Origin: Escherichia phage vB_EcoM_EP32a
DNA: 64,000 bases
Sequence record: OR544954
Reading direction: 5' to 3' (one strand)
A model generated the notes under the pieces. That model did no database searches. It saw only the letters and a program-made list of their open reading frames with translations, and had not been told where the DNA came from. This document shows, in pieces, positions 58,973 to 64,000 of this stretch; within the stretch, counting starts at the first letter, position 1; each line of letters opens with the position of its first letter. Made by a program: the position numbers and the translations under genes.

Positions 58973-59689
58973 ATGGGAAAACATAACACAATGAAATATA
59001 TCAAAGCCGCAGATTTTCAAACCGCATTTAAAGCAGTCAATCGTGAAATTTTAGAAAACCCGGAATTCGTAACTGATTCTCGTATTGGACGTTGTAATGA
59101 AATTGGGTCTATGACAGTAGTTGTTGACACTCCATCATCATTCAAAATGACAGACCCACGTATTAACCGCATCTCTTATGAATATGCCGAAGACTTCTGG
59201 AAGTTTATGATTTCTGGTGGTACCAACGCAGAAGAAGCGTTTAAGGCATATCCTAATGTCGCTAAATTTATTTCTAAACCAAAATCAGATGTTTTGCCGG
59301 CGAACTTCAACACTTTCTATGGTCCTCGCATTGCGGCCCAGCTACCGGCTCTTCTAAAAGAACTTAAAGAGAAGCCTAACTCTCGAAGAGTTGTGTTCCA
59401 AATTCTAGAAAGTTCTGATCAGGCTTTGCTTGATTCGGACGAAACGCTTGAATATCCATGTACTGACTCAGTGACTTATTATATTCGTGATGGTAAGCTT
59501 TATACCCACTGTCATATGCGTTCCCAGAACTGTGCTGTTGTTATGCAGTTGGATTTTTATCTCCAAGGAAAATTACTTCATTATATCGCTAACGAATGTG
59601 GTGTAGAAGTTGGTGATTATACTCATACCATGGTAAGTGCCCATGTGTTTGAACGTGATTTTGATTATGTTAAAGGATTCCTTGACTAA
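58973..59689 (+). CDS. 42: thymidylate-synthase-fold pyrimidine hydroxymethylase (gp42-like, divergent)
   Basis: EYPCTDSVTYYIRD...HMRSQN resembles the T4 gp42 active-site region FMCTNTVQYLIRD...NMRSND. Confidence 0.6.
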   Translation: MGKHNTMKYIKAADFQTAFKAVNREILENPEFVTDSRIGRCNEIGSMTVVVDTPSSFKMTDPRINRISYEYAEDFWKFMISGGTNAEEAFKAYPNVAKFISKPKSDVLPANFNTFYGPRIAAQLPALLKELKEKPNSRRVVFQILESSDQALLDSDETLEYPCTDSVTYYIRDGKLYTHCHMRSQNCAVVMQLDFYLQGKLLHYIANECGVEVGDYTHTMVSAHVFERDFDYVKGFLD

Positions 59690-60588
59690 TGGCTATTTTC
59701 CGCGTACCTATCTTGAGTATGCGGTCTTATGAAACTGGACAGTATGCTATCCTTAAGGATGGCAACTTCCAACTTCATTTGCACCGTGCTAATCCAGGTG
59801 ATGTGATTACATATCCACGTAATGCATCTGATATTAAAGAATGCGAACGTCTTTTTCCGGAATTTAAGTTTGTTCCATTATGGTATAAAGATAACGCGTA
59901 TAACACTCGTAAATATTTCTGGTCTGAAAATGAATTTGTGGTTGATTCATTAATTGCTTATTATGATTGTGATTTTCTAATCACAGATATCACCGGATAT
60001 GATGGCGCTTTTGACGTAGAATTCAATTTCAATATCACTGCAGACCCTAATAAACCACGTTTTTATATTGATGAATTCTTAAAAACCGACATGTTGTCTG
60101 TTAATCGTTCACTTCAAACTACTGTGTTGAATGAACGTCAAAAAGAAGTGCTGGTTAACGCAGGTGCAGATGGTAATAAGATTATCGTAACACAGAAAGT
60201 TATACGTCCTTCCGTCATGCAGCGTCTTGTAGGTGATTTGGCTCCTATTCATCTAGATGGTATTTTTCATCCATTTCGAATTAGTGACCCATGCTATCGT
60301 TTTGAACAAGTGGTTGAATGCGCAATTCAATTAGGTCAACCGCTTTATATAACTGATCCAAATAATAGTTTCGACAGAAATAAGTATCCTGAAGAAGCGC
60401 TGATTCGAATTTTTAATCCAACTAAAACTGAGTACTATCAAATTCTTAAAGGACGTCCGAAGATTCAATATTTCGAAAATCCTGAAGAAGTATTCCATCC
60501 AGGTCTTGGTGAGTTCATCTACTTTAATGCTTTAATTTCTTCACCGTATAATATACCTAAATACGAAGATGTCGTAATCGAGGAATAA
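59689..60588 (+). CDS. hypothetical 299-aa protein (at the T4 beta-gt position)
   Basis: No family recognised by eye. Confidence 0.55.
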   Translation: MAIFRVPILSMRSYETGQYAILKDGNFQLHLHRANPGDVITYPRNASDIKECERLFPEFKFVPLWYKDNAYNTRKYFWSENEFVVDSLIAYYDCDFLITDITGYDGAFDVEFNFNITADPNKPRFYIDEFLKTDMLSVNRSLQTTVLNERQKEVLVNAGADGNKIIVTQKVIRPSVMQRLVGDLAPIHLDGIFHPFRISDPCYRFEQVVECAIQLGQPLYITDPNNSFDRNKYPEEALIRIFNPTKTEYYQILKGRPKIQYFENPEEVFHPGLGEFIYFNALISSPYNIPKYEDVVIEE

Positions 60589-60589
60589 A

Positions 60590-61138
60590 ATGGCTAAAAT
60601 TATTTTAGTAGACGGGCCTGATAATGCTGGTAAAACAACTTTCATTAATGACATAATGGAAATTAGTGAAAGATATGTAAAGATTGATTTCCCTAAACGA
60701 ACAGTTGATGGGCGTTTCGATGTTAAGTCTCGAAATGAAGTTGGCTGTTTCGAAACGATGTTGAATTATTTAGACCCTACTAAGATTTATCTATTAGACC
60801 GTGGATATATTAGTAACTGGGTTTATGGACGTATTCGACAAGATGCGGACTCGGTTCTTGACGTTTATGAACAGGATTATGTTCGTCTTTGCCAAAACCA
60901 TGATGTGTTCACAATTATTTTAACCCGTAACGAAATGACTGAAAGTTTTGAAGACGACCTTATTACTTTGTCTTCATTCGGTTTTAATACAGTCATTTCA
61001 CATTTTGAAGAGTTTGCAATTCATAACAAAATCCAAACGTATCAATTACTTAATCATGATGGTTCTAACAAAGTTATAGGATTTAATGCAAGTGAACGTA
61101 ATAATTTGATTACAGAAATCATTAAATGGGCTCGTTAA
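60590..61138 (+). CDS. P-loop nucleoside/nucleotide kinase-like protein
   Basis: Walker A VDGPDNAGKTT; 182 aa. Confidence 0.6.
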   Translation: MAKIILVDGPDNAGKTTFINDIMEISERYVKIDFPKRTVDGRFDVKSRNEVGCFETMLNYLDPTKIYLLDRGYISNWVYGRIRQDADSVLDVYEQDYVRLCQNHDVFTIILTRNEMTESFEDDLITLSSFGFNTVISHFEEFAIHNKIQTYQLLNHDGSNKVIGFNASERNNLITEIIKWAR

Positions 61139-61156
61139 GAGCCATTTAAAGTTTTA

Positions 61157-61183
61157 AATGCTGTATAACTCTTAGTATATAAT
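61157..61183 (+). promoter_or_regulatory. possible MotA-dependent middle promoter for uvsX
   Basis: AAATGCTGTA MotA-box-like motif 12 bp before TATAAT. Confidence 0.4.
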
Positions 61184-61236
61184 CATCTTATCTTTTAAAC
61201 ATGAGTAAAATATAATGATGCCTATGGAAAAATACA

Positions 61237-62409
61237 ATGTCTGATTTAAAATCTCGTCTGATTAAAGCTTCTACTTCTAAAATGACTGCAGACTTGACTA
61301 AGTCTAAGCTGTTTAATAATCGTGATGAAGTCCCTACTCGTATTCCGATGTTGAATATTGCATTAGGTGGTGCTCTGAATGCAGGATTGCAATCAGGCTT
61401 GACTATTTTTGCTGCTCCTTCTAAACACTTTAAAACGTTGTTTGGACTAACTATGGTTGCAGCATATATGAAGAAATATAAAGATGCAATTTGTTTGTTC
61501 TATGATTCAGAATTTGGTGCTTCAGAATCTTATTTTCGTTCAATGGGTGTTGATTTAGACCGTGTAGTTCATACACCAATTCAGTCAGTAGAACAACTTA
61601 AAGTTGATATGACTAATCAGCTTGACGCGATTGAACGCGGTGATAAAGTTATTATCTTTATCGATTCAATCGGTAATACTGCATCTAAGAAAGAAACTGA
61701 AGATGCATTGAACGAGAAAGTTGTAGGTGATATGTCTCGTGCTAAGGCACTTAAATCTCTTTTCCGTATTGTGACCCCGTATCTGACTATTAAAGATATT
61801 CCGTGTGTTGCAATTAACCATACCGCAATGGAAATTGGCGGATTGTATCCTAAAGAGATTATGGGCGGTGGTACAGGTATTCTTTATTCTGCTAACACTG
61901 TATTCTTTATCTCTAAACGTCAGGTTAAAGAAGGTACAGAATTGACCGGTTATGACTTCACGTTGAAAGCAGAAAAATCTCGTACAGTTAAAGAGAAATC
62001 TACTTTCCCGATCACGGTTAATTTCGATGGTGGTATCGACCCATTCAGTGGCTTGCTAGAAATGGCAACTGAAATCGGTTTTGTGGTTAAGCCTAAAGCC
62101 GGGTGGTATGCTCGTGAATTCCTTGACGAAGAAACAGGTGAAATGATTCGTGAAGAGAAATCGTGGCGTGCTAAAGCTACTGATTGTGTAGAATTCTGGG
62201 GACCGTTGTTTAAACACAAGCCTTTCCGTGACGCAATTGAAACTAAATATAAACTAGGTGCTATCTCTTCTATTAAAGAAGTTGATGACGCTGTTAACGA
62301 CCTTATTAATTGCAAAGCAACAACTAAAGTTCCGGTTAAAACTTCTGATGCTCCGTCTGCAGCAGATATAGAAAACGACCTTGACGAAATGGAAGATTTC
62401 GATGAATAA
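61237..62409 (+). CDS. uvsX: recombinase UvsX (RecA-like)
   Basis: 390 aa; P-loop-containing, T4 order before 40 and 41. Confidence 0.9.
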   Translation: MSDLKSRLIKASTSKMTADLTKSKLFNNRDEVPTRIPMLNIALGGALNAGLQSGLTIFAAPSKHFKTLFGLTMVAAYMKKYKDAICLFYDSEFGASESYFRSMGVDLDRVVHTPIQSVEQLKVDMTNQLDAIERGDKVIIFIDSIGNTASKKETEDALNEKVVGDMSRAKALKSLFRIVTPYLTIKDIPCVAINHTAMEIGGLYPKEIMGGGTGILYSANTVFFISKRQVKEGTELTGYDFTLKAEKSRTVKEKSTFPITVNFDGGIDPFSGLLEMATEIGFVVKPKAGWYAREFLDEETGEMIREEKSWRAKATDCVEFWGPLFKHKPFRDAIETKYKLGAISSIKEVDDAVNDLINCKATTKVPVKTSDAPSAADIENDLDEMEDFDE

Positions 62410-62743
62410 TCTCGATGATTTAAATCTAGAAATCGTTGATGAATCCCCTTCTTTGGAAGGGGAGGACATTCGCAAAGAACGAGTGTTTAATGAATCTCTT
62501 AAAATTGTCCGTTCAGCAATGGAAAATGTCATTCAAGAGATTCTGATTACACTTGAAGACGGTTCCCATCATATAGTCTATATTACAAAACTAGACTGGG
62601 TTGATGGTAAAATCGTAATGGACTTTGCAGTTCTTGACCAGGACAGAAAAGCAGAACTTGCGCCACATGTTGAAAAATGTGTTACAATGCAAGTACAACA
62701 AGCTTTTAATGAACGGACCAAGAAAAAATTTAAATTCTTTTAA
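62402..62743 (+). CDS. 40: gp40-like head assembly protein
   Basis: 113-aa ORF between uvsX and 41, overlapping the uvsX stop. Confidence 0.5.
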   Translation: MNNLDDLNLEIVDESPSLEGEDIRKERVFNESLKIVRSAMENVIQEILITLEDGSHHIVYITKLDWVDGKIVMDFAVLDQDRKAELAPHVEKCVTMQVQQAFNERTKKKFKFF

Positions 62744-62752
62744 GGAGTTATC

Positions 62753-64000
62753 GTGGTAGAAATTATTTTGTCTCATCTAGTATACGACCAGGCTTATTTT
62801 TCTAAGGTCTGGCCTTATATGGATTCTGAGTATTTTGAGCGTGGACCGGCAAAAAACGTCTTTAAAATTATAAAGAGCCACGTTAACGAATATAATGCAA
62901 TGCCGTCTATCAATGCATTAAAGGTGGCTTTAGATAACAGTTCTTTAACTGAAGCTGAATATAAAGGAACTTCAGACCTAATTGAAAAATTGGCTGATAC
63001 TCCTGAAGACCATGAATGGCTGGTTAAAGAAACTGAGAAATATGTCCAGCAAAAAGCGATGTATAATGCTACGTCCAAAATCATTGAGATTCAGTCTAAT
63101 GCTGAACTACCTCCAGAACAACGTAACAAGAAAATGCCTGACGTAGGAGCTATTCCTGATATTATGCGTCAAGCACTTTCAATTTCGTTTGATAGTTATG
63201 TTGGACATGACTGGATGGAAGACTACGAAGCACGCTGGCTTTCTTATCTAAATAAAGCACGTAAGGTCCCGTTCAAATTAAACATTCTGAATAAAATCAC
63301 TAAAGGTGGTGCTGAAACAGGTACACTGAATGTTTTAATGGCCGGTGTTAACGTTGGTAAATCTTTAGGCCTTTGTTCACTTGCTGCAGATTATCTTCAA
63401 ACAGGTCATAATGTTCTTTATATTTCCATGGAAATGGCTGAAGAAGTTTGTGCTAAGCGTATAGATGCAAACATGCTTGACGTATCACTCGATGATATCG
63501 ATGATGGTAACGTATCTTATGCCGAATATAAAGCCAAGATGGAAAAATGGCGTTCAAAATCCACATTAGGACGTTTAGTAGTTAAACAGTATCCTACTGG
63601 TGGAGCTAACGCTAATACATTTCGTGCATTGCTTAATGAGTTAAAACTTAAGAAGAACTTTGTGCCATCTGTAATCATGGTTGATTACTTAGGTATTTGT
63701 GGGTCTTGTCGTATCAGAGTTTACACTGAAAATAGCTACACATTAGTTAAAGCTATCGCAGAAGAACTTCGTGCATTAGCAGTAGAATCTGAAACAGTTC
63801 TATGGACTGCAGCTCAAGTAGGACGTGCAGCATGGGATGCTTCGGATATGAACATGAGTGATATTGCAGAATCAGCAGGTTTACCAGCAACGGCAGATTT
63901 CATGTTGGCTGTAATTGAAACCGAAGAACTTGCACAAGCTGAACAACAACTTATCAAACAAATCAAATCACGATATGGTGATAAGAATAAGTGGAATAAA
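62753..64000 (+). CDS. 41: replicative DNA helicase gp41, N-terminal part (continues beyond window end)
   Basis: GTG start after AAGGAG; VEIILSHLVYDQAYFSKVWPYMDSEYF... and Walker A GVNVGKS match recalled T4 gp41. Confidence 0.88.
   Translation, partial: MVEIILSHLVYDQAYFSKVWPYMDSEYFERGPAKNVFKIIKSHVNEYNAMPSINALKVALDNSSLTEAEYKGTSDLIEKLADTPEDHEWLVKETEKYVQQKAMYNATSKIIEIQSNAELPPEQRNKKMPDVGAIPDIMRQALSISFDSYVGHDWMEDYEARWLSYLNKARKVPFKLNILNKITKGGAETGTLNVLMAGVNVGKSLGLCSLAADYLQTGHNVLYISMEMAEEVCAKRIDANMLDVSLDDIDDGNVSYAEYKAKMEKWRSKSTLGRLVVKQYPTGGANANTFRALLNELKLKKNFVPSVIMVDYLGICGSCRIRVYTENSYTLVKAIAEELRALAVESETVLWTAAQVGRAAWDASDMNMSDIAESAGLPATADFMLAVIETEELAQAEQQLIKQIKSRYGDKNKWNK

Overview
This window reads as a T4-type (Tevenvirinae) myovirus genome segment; from memory the gp43 sequence matches phage RB69, which needs a BLAST check. 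The left end carries the baseplate genes 7-6-5.4-5.1-5-53 on the minus strand. The rest is a long plus-strand block in the T4 order: 4, 2, 3, 1, 57A, 57B, an internal protein, two tRNAs and a tRNA-like RNA region, a hyperplastic run of small ORFs each behind an early promoter with a flanking inverted repeat, nudE, e, internal proteins, denV, a GrcA-like protein, regB, tk, rI, a block of unknown-function genes, nrdC, 49, nrdD (no intron), nrdG, 55, 47, 46, 45, 44, 62, regA, 43, a 42-like gene, uvsX, 40 and the start of 41. The most interesting region is a sugar-nucleotide biosynthesis cassette between gene 43 and uvsX, with no glucosyltransferase gene recognised anywhere in the window; I read this as a candidate DNA sugar-hypermodification system. 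Other anomalies are a gene 46 that appears disrupted by a deletion and frameshift, three in-frame stop codons (one inside a Walker A motif), a tandem trio of small paralogs with a shared C-terminus, and a four-member small membrane-protein family. No CRISPR array, integrase, transposase or homing endonuclease was recognised. All family assignments come from reading motifs and recalled T4 sequences, not from any database search.
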